Positions 10,501-18,772 of a DNA stretch of 64,000 nt are shown here, one piece after another; positions within the stretch are counted from its first letter, which is position 1, and every line of letters begins with the position of its first letter. The notes below the pieces were generated by a model. That model was not told the DNA's origin and ran no database searches. It saw only the letters and a program-made list of their open reading frames with translations. The DNA is from Planctomycetota bacterium. Lineage in GTDB: Bacteria > Planctomycetota > UBA8108 > SXIK01. The stretch covers positions 7,552,001-7,616,000 of the forward strand of contig OZ244999.1 of assembly GCA_965223265.1 (NCBI GenBank), written 5' to 3'. Both the position numbers and the translations under genes were made by a program.

Positions 10501-13004
10501 CTTTCCGCGCCATCGGCCTTCGGCGCGGCGAAGCGATCAACCTGCTCAACCTAGGCCTCGTCTACCTGGAACTCGGCCGCTACGAACTGGCGCTGACCGT
10601 CGTCGGCCGTTCTCTCCGTCTGCGTCGCGAGCTTGGCGATCGCCGCGGCGAAGGCGCAGACCTCGGCAATCTGGGCGAAGTCTGGCTGCGATTGGGGAGA
10701 GTCGAACGCGCCAGACCTCTCATCGAAGAGGCGATCGCTCGTGCGCGGGAGACCGAAAACCGTGCCTCGGAGAGTGCGAACGTATGTCGACTCGGACAAA
10801 TCGAACTCAAACAAGGCCGCAGCGACGCCGGGCTCAAGCATCTCAACTCAAGCTTGGAGCTGGCGCAAAGAACCGGAGTTCCAGCGCAGCAAATTTCCTG
10901 TCTGCTGGCCCTCTGCGACGCACACCTGCAGGCCGATGAGCCACGCCGTGCCATCGAGCTCGCCGAGGAAGCAACCGAGCTCGCTGCGAAAGTGAACATG
11001 GGCCTCAAACGACTCGAAGGGCAAACAGCGTTGGCGGCCGCCTACCGGCAGGCCGGAGAGCTTGAGCGCGCCGTCAGCATCAGTCGCGCCGCAGTGGAAA
11101 CGCTTGAGTCGGGTGCGCCGGCGACGGCGCTTGCACCTCGACTCTGGTGGGAGCTCTACGCCTCTTGCGCCGCCGACGTCGACCATGCAGAGAAACCACG
11201 CCGTCAGGACGACGAACAGGAACTCGCCTTGCGGCGCTCTTACACCGCGCTACGTAAACTTGCCGACGCCTTCGAGGATGCCGAGCTGCGGCGGCAATTC
11301 CTTGATGGCGTGCCACTACACCGCACGATCGACGCCGAGCACGCGGCGATGCAGTCACAGATCCGCAAGGAAGCATCTCTCAGGGAGCGCTCGTTCTACC
11401 AGATTGCCGCCAGCCTCCATTCATTCGACTCTCTCAACCCACTACTCGATCATCTCTTAGCTCTCGCCATCGAGACGACGCACGCCGAAAAAGGGCTCAT
11501 CCTTCTCAAGAGCCCCAGCGGCGACTTCACCACCAAGGCGGCTCGCGGCATGGAACGACAGTCGGTGCAGGATGCGTTTGAGATCTGCCGCAGCGTGATC
11601 GCGGACGTGGCGCGAGGTCGCGGCCCGGTGTTGGCAACGGACGCCGGAAACGACGAACGGTTCCGTGCCCGAGAAAGCATTATCTCGTTTCGCATCAGGA
11701 CACTCATGTGCGTGCCCATGTCACTGCGCGATGAGATCATTGGAGCCGTCTACGTTGACAGCCGAGGCGCCCTTAGCTTCGACGAGGACGATCTCGAGTA
11801 CCTGGTGTCGTTCGCACAGTTGGCAGCCATCGCAGTTGACAACGCACGCCTCCTCGATGGCCTCCGCAGCGAGAACCAACACCTTCGGCGCGAGGTCGAA
11901 GGCAAGTACCGTGTTCAGAATCTGATCGGCGACAGTATGGCGATGCAAAACCTCTTGAAGCTCGTCGACAAAATCGCACGCACGGACGCTAGCGTACTCA
12001 TCAGCGGCGAGACCGGAACCGGAAAGGAACTCGTCGCGCGAGGGATTCACTACGGCAGTAGCCGCCGCAGCGCGCCATTCGTCGCTGTCGACTGCGGTGC
12101 GCTTCCGGACAGCCTTCTGGAGAGTGAACTCTTCGGACACGTCAAAGGATCTTTCTCCGGGGCGCTCGTCGACCGACGCGGCCTGCTCGAGGAAGCCGAC
12201 GGTGGTACGCTCTTCCTCGACGAGATCAGCAACACGAGTCTCGACCTACAGGCGAAGTTGCTGCGTTTTCTGCAGGAGGGCGAATTACGTCCGGTAGGTG
12301 CGAACAAAATACGACGAGCAAACGTGCGAGTTCTCGCTGCCAGCAACGTCGACCTACGCGCGGCTGTGGAGGCGGGTTCGTTTCGCGAGGACCTCTTCTA
12401 CCGCTTGAATGTGATCAACGTCGAACTACCGCCGCTGCGCGACCGGTCCGAGGACGTACCGCTGCTGGTGCATCACTTTCTGCATCAAAGTCGTGAACGG
12501 CTCGGGCATGCGGTCGAGGGTTTCACGGATGAGGCGTTACGTTTTCTAGCTGCGGCGCGGTGGAACGGCAACGTGCGCGAGCTCCAAAACGTGATTGAGA
12601 GAGCGGTCATTCTCTCGGAGGCGCCACAAATCGATCGACGATTCCTTGAACTGCTCATGACGCCGACCGGACGCGCCAGGGCGCCTGGCGCGGCTGATGC
12701 AGGTGCCGCCCGAGTCGACGGCGCTCCGACCGGCGATCAACCCTCCGACCAACGCGAATCCGTCGACGTGACGGAAGAAGACGATCGCCAGGCAGCATTT
12801 CCGCCGAGCTCCTCCCAGGAAGCGGTGACACTTGAGGAGTTCGACCGCCGACATCTTGCCGCCGAGCGCCACTATCTCCAGCAACTAGTGGAAAGCACAA
12901 ACGGCAACCTCTCCGCCGCGGCGCGCATGGGTGGCGTGCGCAACCGCAACACCCTGATCTCTCGCCTCAAGAAGCACGGGCTGTTCAAGCCACGGCAGAG
13001 CTAG
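7548..13004 (+). CDS. Ser/Thr kinase - P-loop ATPase - TPR - GAF - sigma54-dependent activator - Fis HTH fusion
   Basis: Kinase: GRGATGVVY, ALK, HSDLKPSN, DFG, YMAPE. ATPase: GPTGIGKS and CIDD. TPR helices (NLGLVY). GAF: LMCVPM...GAVYVD. Activator: GETGTGKE, ESELFGH, GSFSGA, GTLFLDEI, FREDLFYRL, WNGNVRELQN. C-terminal HTH: NLSAAARMGGVRNRNTL. Confidence 0.93.
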   Translation: MDSATTIGRGRYSVLGEIGRGATGVVYRAHDRVHDREIALKILRPRPDASPSSLGAEFRLLASHSHPGLVQVFDYGITEAGSPYFTMECLAPEGFAAFCERERASGPLVSSDAFLTVVTSLLEAVDYLHSRGHLHSDLKPSNILIVQTDDGSPAVKLIDFGLATNSDGRSHSGAAGLDPGGAADPARDDLGSSLAGTVDYMAPELLRGSEASTQSDLYSIGCILFEALCGSVPFPATTAGAAISLHLKTPAPPLEAEHGVFRKVVGQLLAKDPRERPSSAQTVIERLGLERYIAAARPFPPFGSALVGREPLMRRVDELADADANAKTCALLLRGPTGIGKSRLLRQIEIRRQLRGERAGLTTCHTLSTPGDLVRNLLSHWRTFTAAAGEPDSSTSSPTHPAPDAPPVAPGRTRSAFDDAEAIVAQITGQITGRSEDATAVEAWFDRLLEGLKGVVADVTRAGPLLFCIDDVHEADALSRRALTALIRWLASRSEAERATGPEGSEGSEGSARLVFVLGCRDETGPERAAASELETAAAFSALESIHLSGVSTSDMRHYLTQVLRLRQLPESFVERVAEATGGNLLYVDEYIKSMVRSGQLARRGTEWQLSHHEMDALRVPESVSETLERRTAHFDAETTELVQCLAILETPQSPERVASLRHSAGDARDRSAIARASERILRELAAEHFLERTGSEYRFAHSAARKTVYEKTPETRRRQLHGLIAADLLHLSQEERARRVPELAHHLYGAGELGAALPHLMQSAGRALQVGSYRDAARDARRAIEAADAAGDPRARFAALMIDQEAAGHLGDRSRQRESLERLRELASELGDADLTRQSGLKESLYLESIGEKREALERLGSALSELGGDPRQTAPILPRSALLHFYLSEFSQGFEKLEQALETARQSDDRSLEAEALQLIGLGHYFQGAYNDAKTAMERALAVRRELDEAHQVGALESNLGLIHLDRGDLDAAEERFTASLGAFRAIGLRRGEAINLLNLGLVYLELGRYELALTVVGRSLRLRRELGDRRGEGADLGNLGEVWLRLGRVERARPLIEEAIARARETENRASESANVCRLGQIELKQGRSDAGLKHLNSSLELAQRTGVPAQQISCLLALCDAHLQADEPRRAIELAEEATELAAKVNMGLKRLEGQTALAAAYRQAGELERAVSISRAAVETLESGAPATALAPRLWWELYASCAADVDHAEKPRRQDDEQELALRRSYTALRKLADAFEDAELRRQFLDGVPLHRTIDAEHAAMQSQIRKEASLRERSFYQIAASLHSFDSLNPLLDHLLALAIETTHAEKGLILLKSPSGDFTTKAARGMERQSVQDAFEICRSVIADVARGRGPVLATDAGNDERFRARESIISFRIRTLMCVPMSLRDEIIGAVYVDSRGALSFDEDDLEYLVSFAQLAAIAVDNARLLDGLRSENQHLRREVEGKYRVQNLIGDSMAMQNLLKLVDKIARTDASVLISGETGTGKELVARGIHYGSSRRSAPFVAVDCGALPDSLLESELFGHVKGSFSGALVDRRGLLEEADGGTLFLDEISNTSLDLQAKLLRFLQEGELRPVGANKIRRANVRVLAASNVDLRAAVEAGSFREDLFYRLNVINVELPPLRDRSEDVPLLVHHFLHQSRERLGHAVEGFTDEALRFLAAARWNGNVRELQNVIERAVILSEAPQIDRRFLELLMTPTGRARAPGAADAGAARVDGAPTGDQPSDQRESVDVTEEDDRQAAFPPSSSQEAVTLEEFDRRHLAAERHYLQQLVESTNGNLSAAARMGGVRNRNTLISRLKKHGLFKPRQS
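9052..9078 (+). repeat. in-frame 9-bp repeat (CCGAGGGTT)x3 encoding PEGSEGSEGS
   Basis: Read directly from the sequence. Confidence 0.85.
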
Positions 13005-13213
13005 CAGCACGCCGTGAGCGAGGTTTGCCCGCCATCTGTTCGCAGGGGAGGGGCGGACACCGCGCCAAGGGCCGAGGCGAACCCGTCGGTCGTGGGTCTC
13101 GTTCCAGAATCCGCGCGGATTGTTGTCTGCGCCGGCGACCACCAGTCGTTCAAGCGAGGTGCGGTGCAATCGTGCTGCTTTCGCCCCACACGTCGCGAGA
13201 GAGGTCGTCCGAC

Positions 13214-14971
13214 ATGAAGAGTCACGCCATCCGAAGCCGGCAAACGGTTCTGGCCTTGGGCCTTCTTCTGCTGCTTTCCCACAAGTCTTCGAACGCAGCC
13301 GAGATTTCCTGGAGCGGCGGCACAGGGAGCGATTGGAACGTCGCCTCCAACTGGCTCCCATTCTTCGACGGCGAGAGAATCGTCCAACGTGTGCCTGGTG
13401 ACGGCGACATTGCTTCTCTCGTCGCGTCGCGGACCAGCGGCAGCGCGGCCCTGTCGTCGGACGCCCAACGCCTCGGCGGTCTCCGGGTTGGCGGCGGGAT
13501 GATGCTCCGCACGAACGGCTTCCAAATGGGCGTCGTCGGGGAGCCGCGGCGCAGCACTGTAGTCAACGGCGAACGTTCGGTGATCGTCGTGACACCGGTC
13601 GCAGACGCCCCCAAACGCGCCGCTCTCACGACCGATTTCCTGTCTGTTGCTGCCGCCGGACACGTTCAAATGGCAGAAGGTGTCTTGACGGTCAACGTAG
13701 GAGCGACACTGAGCGCGCAAGGATCGCTCAGCGGCTCTGGAAACGTTCAGTTCCTGAACACTCCGGGGCGCCCGGAGTCTGTAGTCCTGACGAACGATGG
13801 CAGCATCGCGCTCGATCGGTCGCGATTGGTTCTCAGTGCACCGGCTGGCGGCAAGTTCGACCTCGACGGCAGCAGCGAAGACGGCGCCATCGTCGTTGGA
13901 CCCAGCTCTCAGCTGGCGGTACTCGGTCGGCTGTCAGAGCCCTTCGGGGGCCGGATCGAGGTCAGCACATCGAGCACCCTCGAACTCTCAGACGCTCTTG
14001 AGCTCGAAGATGCCGGGCGACTCTTCATGCACGGTGGAATCGCGCTCAACTTCGTCGGTCGCATCGTCGCCCCAGAGGTCGCTATCTACGGCCAGATGCA
14101 CGTCAACGGCGCCGGGATCTTTGAATCTGACGTCTACTTTGCACCTCTCTCCACAACCGAACTCGCGGACAGTCGAGAGTACGGCACCACTCTCAACCTC
14201 TTCGGGAGTAAGAGCACGATCGCCGCGCGTGCTCGGTTCACCGGTCACGGAAAGCTCCTTGTCGACCGAGGCGGCAGGCTCCACCTCGAGAGTGGTGCGC
14301 AGGTCGATGTCGCCGTCAACGTGAAACACGCCTTGATGACGCTCGAGGGCGGCGCCGCCATTCGCGACGAGTATCGTCAACACAGAACCGGGTCGCTGCA
14401 GGTCGACGTCGGCGGCACCGAGCCGGGAACGCACGATCACCTGTTAGTGAAGGGAGACGCCATTCTCGACGGCACGCTCATCGTAGAGCTCGAAAAGTCG
14501 TATATCCCAAACCGTGGCCATACGTTCGAAGTTCTCCAGGCCGAGGGCTCAGTCAAAGGCACGTTCGCCTCTGTCGATGCGCCCGAACTCCCAGATGACC
14601 TCGGATGGAGGGTCGTATACAACGCAGACGATGTGCATCTGATGGTTGTCGACAGCGTTGACACGGAACGCGGACTCGTCCGCATTGGTGATTGCAATCA
14701 AGACGGCGACCTCGACGTCTCTGACCCGATTTGTACCTTGCTTCACCTCTTCGGGGGCGGTGGCAAAGAGCTGCCGTGCGGTGACGGCACTGCGAGCGAC
14801 AATAGCAACGTGCTCCTTCTCGACGTCAACGACGACGACGCACTCGACCTATCAGACGCCATCTACGTTCTTGGCTACTTGTTCGCTGACGGACCAGAAC
14901 CCGCCGGAGGAGTGAATTGCATTCGGGTCGAGGGCTGCACCTCGACCTGCTCGTTCACGGAACCTGAGTAG
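13214..14971 (+). CDS. secreted autotransporter-passenger-like beta-helix protein with C-terminal dockerin-like domain
   Basis: Signal peptide after ATG 13214 (GAGG upstream); WSGGTGSDWNVASNW; Gly-rich beta repeats; DHLLVKGDAILDGTL; C-terminal GDCNQDGDLDVSDP...DVNDDDALDLSDAIYVLGYLF. Confidence 0.8.
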   Translation: MKSHAIRSRQTVLALGLLLLLSHKSSNAAEISWSGGTGSDWNVASNWLPFFDGERIVQRVPGDGDIASLVASRTSGSAALSSDAQRLGGLRVGGGMMLRTNGFQMGVVGEPRRSTVVNGERSVIVVTPVADAPKRAALTTDFLSVAAAGHVQMAEGVLTVNVGATLSAQGSLSGSGNVQFLNTPGRPESVVLTNDGSIALDRSRLVLSAPAGGKFDLDGSSEDGAIVVGPSSQLAVLGRLSEPFGGRIEVSTSSTLELSDALELEDAGRLFMHGGIALNFVGRIVAPEVAIYGQMHVNGAGIFESDVYFAPLSTTELADSREYGTTLNLFGSKSTIAARARFTGHGKLLVDRGGRLHLESGAQVDVAVNVKHALMTLEGGAAIRDEYRQHRTGSLQVDVGGTEPGTHDHLLVKGDAILDGTLIVELEKSYIPNRGHTFEVLQAEGSVKGTFASVDAPELPDDLGWRVVYNADDVHLMVVDSVDTERGLVRIGDCNQDGDLDVSDPICTLLHLFGGGGKELPCGDGTASDNSNVLLLDVNDDDALDLSDAIYVLGYLFADGPEPAGGVNCIRVEGCTSTCSFTEPE

Positions 14972-15041
14972 CCCCGTTGAAGAAGTCCATTCATGGGCAA
15001 GCGCCCACCGCGTCCGACGTACCGGCGCGACCGATGCCAAC

Positions 15042-15596
15042 TCACAACGCGTGACTGAGCAGTTCCATAAACGCCCGCAAGACCGGCGTGTTGTCTTCCC
15101 AGCCGCGCCCGGTCACCAAGAGTCCGTCGACGACACAGGGTTCATCGACGTACTTCGCGCCCCCTTGCTCCGCGTCCAGCGCACATTTGGGCACAGTCGT
15201 CACCGTGCGGCCGCGGATGCAATCCGCCGCCGACAGGATCTCGATGCCGTGACAGAGCGCAGCAACCGGCTTCGCTGCCTCGAAGAAGTGACGCGTGATC
15301 CGCAACAAGTCCTCATCGTAGCGGAGATACTCGGGAGCCCGACCGCCCGAAACGAACATTCCCACGAACTCCGTCGGGTCCACGTCGCGAAACGCTGCGG
15401 TCGCCGTCAGGTGGTACCCGAGACGTTCCCGCGTGATATCCCACCCATCGGGTTTCTGATGCATTGCCATCTGGTAGGTGCGCGCTTCGGGTCCGGCGAC
15501 GACGAGCTCGAATCCATCTTCGGGAATACGAAAGTAAGCGATCATCGTGTCGAGCACTTCAGTCGCATCACCGATGGGCATCAATACCTTTGGCAT
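15042..15596 (-). CDS. DJ-1/PfpI family protein
   Basis: GDATEVLD, SGGRAPEYLR, nucleophile elbow ALCHG, VVDGLLVTGRGW. Confidence 0.92.
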   Translation of the reverse strand: MPKVLMPIGDATEVLDTMIAYFRIPEDGFELVVAGPEARTYQMAMHQKPDGWDITRERLGYHLTATAAFRDVDPTEFVGMFVSGGRAPEYLRYDEDLLRITRHFFEAAKPVAALCHGIEILSAADCIRGRTVTTVPKCALDAEQGGAKYVDEPCVVDGLLVTGRGWEDNTPVLRAFMELLSHAL

Positions 15597-15650
15597 GTCG
15601 GGTTTCCTCAGTGGGTTTTCTCTGTATGCTTGCGTCGCGGACGGCCGTAC

Positions 15651-15959
15651 CTACACCGGAGTGGTCACACGAATCTCCGCAGAGGCGACGAACTCCTTAA
15701 CGCGCTCGCGGTACGATAGCATGTGTGGCGCGCGCAGGTGCGCTTCGAGGTGATCCTCGCTCTCCCATGCCTCGACGATGGTGACGACATTTGGGCGCGG
15801 CGCGGCAATGCGTTCGAGGCCCAGATCGACATCGATCGTGGGCTCGTAACGAATGCAGCCCGCCTCAGCCAGGACTGTCGGCACGACGCCCTCGAGTTCG
15901 CTCAAGAATGCTTCGCGCGTGCCGGGATAGAGCTCGATCGCAGCATGAACGTAGATCAT
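15651..15959 (-). CDS. putative quinol monooxygenase (ABM / YgiN-like)
   Basis: 102 aa; VLAEAGCIRY, IVEAWESEDHLEAHLRAPHM. Confidence 0.9.
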   Translation of the reverse strand: MIYVHAAIELYPGTREAFLSELEGVVPTVLAEAGCIRYEPTIDVDLGLERIAAPRPNVVTIVEAWESEDHLEAHLRAPHMLSYRERVKEFVASAEIRVTTPV

Positions 15960-16205
15960 GATGAAAACGACTCCGCAAACGTTGTTTCTTCCGTCGTTTT
16001 TCCGAACCTCGACATCCGTACAGATGCCGTTGATTTGACTACCCGCTCGCCGTAGTGCCTCGCCACCGAAGCCGACGACTGCGGCCGCATCCTTTACACA
16101 CCGGCAACCCGCGGAACCTCACGAGCTTATCCTTGCCTTCGCTGGCGCGAATTCGAAATGCCGCGCCCGCAGGCGCTCAGAGTTTCTCGGACGCCACAGA
16201 CGAAT

Positions 16206-17834
16206 TCAAGAATCTTTCGTCTGCTCTGGCTCTGCTGTGGAACGGGGCTCGTCGTTATAAAACGGCAGCACCCATTCGCGAGCGTCGCCGCCCTCGGTCG
16301 CCCGCTCGAAATGAAGACGCACCTTCTTCTCGACTATATCGTTGTTGAGATATGGTAGCCCAAGACAGTTCCAGAGTCGCTGCGCCGTCGCACCAGTGGG
16401 ACGTCGACAAAAAGTGGAAAACTCATCGCAGCGCCCGTCAAGGAAGTCGATGAGATCGTTCGCCCAGTAGACTTCGTTTGGTGTACACGACGGTCTCTCG
16501 GCGGTGAACTGCAGTCGTGCGAACGAGCAGACGAAATCCGCTTCCTCATGGTTGGTGGAGTGACCAAAGCGTATGCGGATGCGGTATTCGCCGCCACCTG
16601 CAGCTAGCAGGTGTTCAATCGGAGGATTTCGCGCACCGACGAGATGAGGCAAGAAACGATGGTTCAGACAGTCCGAGATGCGCTGGCGCTGCTCGGCAAC
16701 GCTACGCTGCGAGTCGTCGAGCGGCGCGTCGGGGAATCTCTCGAAGAGCGAAAGGTCGATATCGAACTCCCTCTCCTCCTCGCGATCACGTATGTCGAAC
16801 CATGTGCACGTCTGCTCAGAGACGATGTCGCCAGCCGCAAGCTCGTAGCAAACACCAGGAACGAACGCTTCGGTTCTATGCTCACACCCCCACTGCATCG
16901 CGACCTCCCGCTCAATCGTGACGCGGTCCTGCACGCGGATGGGAAACAGGACGCGGTTCCACGCCGGGTCAACCTCCTGCGGGAAGCAGATGCCCTGCCC
17001 GCCGATCAGTCGAACGACGCGCGGGTCGCGCCACAGGTCGAGCAGAGGTTCCGGCGGGGGACCCAAGTCGTCCAGTAGACCCACGTCATCGTCGTCATCG
17101 AGGGCTTCCAGAAAGTCGCGCGCTTCGTCGTTGTCACCGTCGAGCGGCGCGTACGCATCGTGAACGTCGTCGTACACCGCTTCGATGCAGGCGTCTAATC
17201 GTTGCCGCCGCTCGTCATGGCTCTGCGCCGCCAGCATCGACATGGTCGCCCCGCCCTCGTTCAGTGTGGTCAGAAAACAGACCGTCGAGGGGTCGTCAGC
17301 GAGAAACTTCTTGGAGAGCTCGACGCGGACTTCCGGGTGATAGAACGGCAAGACAGCGTCGGCTTCGTTGACGAACGTCTCCCGCTCGCCGCGTACAACA
17401 AGCACCATTACATCGTCTTCGTTCGTTGCCGCGGTTTCGGGGTTGAAGAAACCTTCAAGCACCAGTCCGCTCAAGTCGTAGGTTTCGCCTTCACGGAGAT
17501 ACGTGATGGAGACGCCTCGGAGGAATTCTCGCATCGTGCGGTCCAAGAAACGGAGGCTTTCCGGAAGCACGAGACGAGGCCGCGTTTCGAGCTCGCGCCA
17601 AAGACGCGCCAACGTGTAGGGGTCAAGGTGGTCGGTGTGGGCATGCGACACGAAGATCGCGTCGAGCGGCTCGAACGCAGGCGCATCATAGCGCAGGCGC
17701 GGGAACCGGCCTTGAAGATCGCCAACGATGTAATCGGAAAGCCAAGGATCGCCAAGAAGGCGCACCGGCTCAGCGCGCGCCGTTGTTTCCATCTCCAGAA
17801 GAAACGCACTATGACCGAGCGACGTGACTTTCAT
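16206..17834 (-). CDS. MBL-fold metallo-hydrolase with long acidic C-terminal extension
   Basis: SLGHSAFL, LGDPWL, SHAHTDHLD (HxHxDH). Its ATG overlaps the upstream stop codon (ATGA). Confidence 0.85.
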   Translation of the reverse strand: MKVTSLGHSAFLLEMETTARAEPVRLLGDPWLSDYIVGDLQGRFPRLRYDAPAFEPLDAIFVSHAHTDHLDPYTLARLWRELETRPRLVLPESLRFLDRTMREFLRGVSITYLREGETYDLSGLVLEGFFNPETAATNEDDVMVLVVRGERETFVNEADAVLPFYHPEVRVELSKKFLADDPSTVCFLTTLNEGGATMSMLAAQSHDERRQRLDACIEAVYDDVHDAYAPLDGDNDEARDFLEALDDDDDVGLLDDLGPPPEPLLDLWRDPRVVRLIGGQGICFPQEVDPAWNRVLFPIRVQDRVTIEREVAMQWGCEHRTEAFVPGVCYELAAGDIVSEQTCTWFDIRDREEEREFDIDLSLFERFPDAPLDDSQRSVAEQRQRISDCLNHRFLPHLVGARNPPIEHLLAAGGGEYRIRIRFGHSTNHEEADFVCSFARLQFTAERPSCTPNEVYWANDLIDFLDGRCDEFSTFCRRPTGATAQRLWNCLGLPYLNNDIVEKKVRLHFERATEGGDAREWVLPFYNDEPRSTAEPEQTKDS

Positions 17835-18397
17835 GTAACTCCAGAGTGTGGCCGCGGGCAGTACGCTCCGCGACTGTAGTTCTCGCTGTCGAGCCCAAAT
17901 CCGCGATTAAACCGCGCGCGGTAGTTCTCCCAAGCAACCATCGCGGTCAACTCAACCAGCTGCGCTTCGTCGAACGTCTTCCAAAGCTCCGCGAAGAGCA
18001 CATCATCAACGTCAGCCGGCGTATCGGTCATGGCATCCGCGTATCGCAGACAAACCTTTTCGACGGACGAGAAAACCTCGCTGTGCTCATAGTCCCCAAG
18101 CGCCTCGAGCGCCTCGGTCGTCAATCCCTGTTCTCTGCCCACGGCAGAACCGATGTCGATTCAGAAAAGACATCCAACGCGCATCGCCACCCGGACTTGC
18201 AAAAGGCTCTTCAACTTCGGATCGAGCCGCTGGGCGCCCGTCAGAGCGGTCTCCATCTCAGCGAATCCCTTCAAAACTCTCGGGTGGTGCGCCGCGATGC
18301 GAACACTTGCGGGGACGGTACCAAACTTCCGGCGCAACGCCCAATACACAATCCGCGCAAACACATTCCGTGCCGGGGAACCTTGAATGCGAGCCAT
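17831..18397 (-). CDS. AhpD/carboxymuconolactone decarboxylase family selenoprotein (CxxU), 188 aa by UGA read-through
   Basis: ORFs 18161-18397 and 17831-18142 are in one frame: RVAMRVGC-L-F-[TGA]-IDIGSAVG. C-terminal ELTAMVAWENYRARFNRGF is typical of the family. Confidence 0.88.
18130..18150 (-). promoter_or_regulatory. candidate bacterial SECIS hairpin
   Basis: mRNA GUUCUGCC-GUG-GGCAGAGAAC begins 11 nt after the UGA, with a GU-containing apical loop. Confidence 0.65.
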
Positions 18398-18772
18398 CGT
18401 TTACCTCTGTCAACGATCCTGCCGAGCTCGACTCCCTCGCTCGCCCACGCGAGCCGAGGGATCTGTCCATGTGATCAGATTCCAAGAATGGTAGGGCGTC
18501 AGAGGGGGAGAGAACAAGTCTGGCCTGCTCATCTACTGCGGTCGTCTAGCGCCCCCCAGCTACCGAGAAGGATCAAGAACACGAGTGGCGTCGTCAACCA
18601 GCATCACCGATCGTAGTCCATCATGATCATCCGGACGAGCGAGTACTCACGAACGTTCCCACCGACCCGCTGAGCCGCCCCGATACCTCGCCGCGGGTCG
18701 ACGTGCTCGAACGTGGCGGAGAGTAGTGCCCAGCCTCTACCGGTAGCGATCGAGGCTCGCTACCATGGCGTC

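Noticed and set aside
13116-13131. GG-N10-GC (CGGATTGTTGTCTGC) as a sigma54 promoter downstream of the activator gene
   Set aside because: Spacing fits but the match to TGGCAC-N5-TTGC is poor, and such matches are expected by chance at this GC content
18491-18563. GTAG...CTAC-bounded segment as another REP
   Set aside because: Internal complementarity is weak and it does not match the REP in the array
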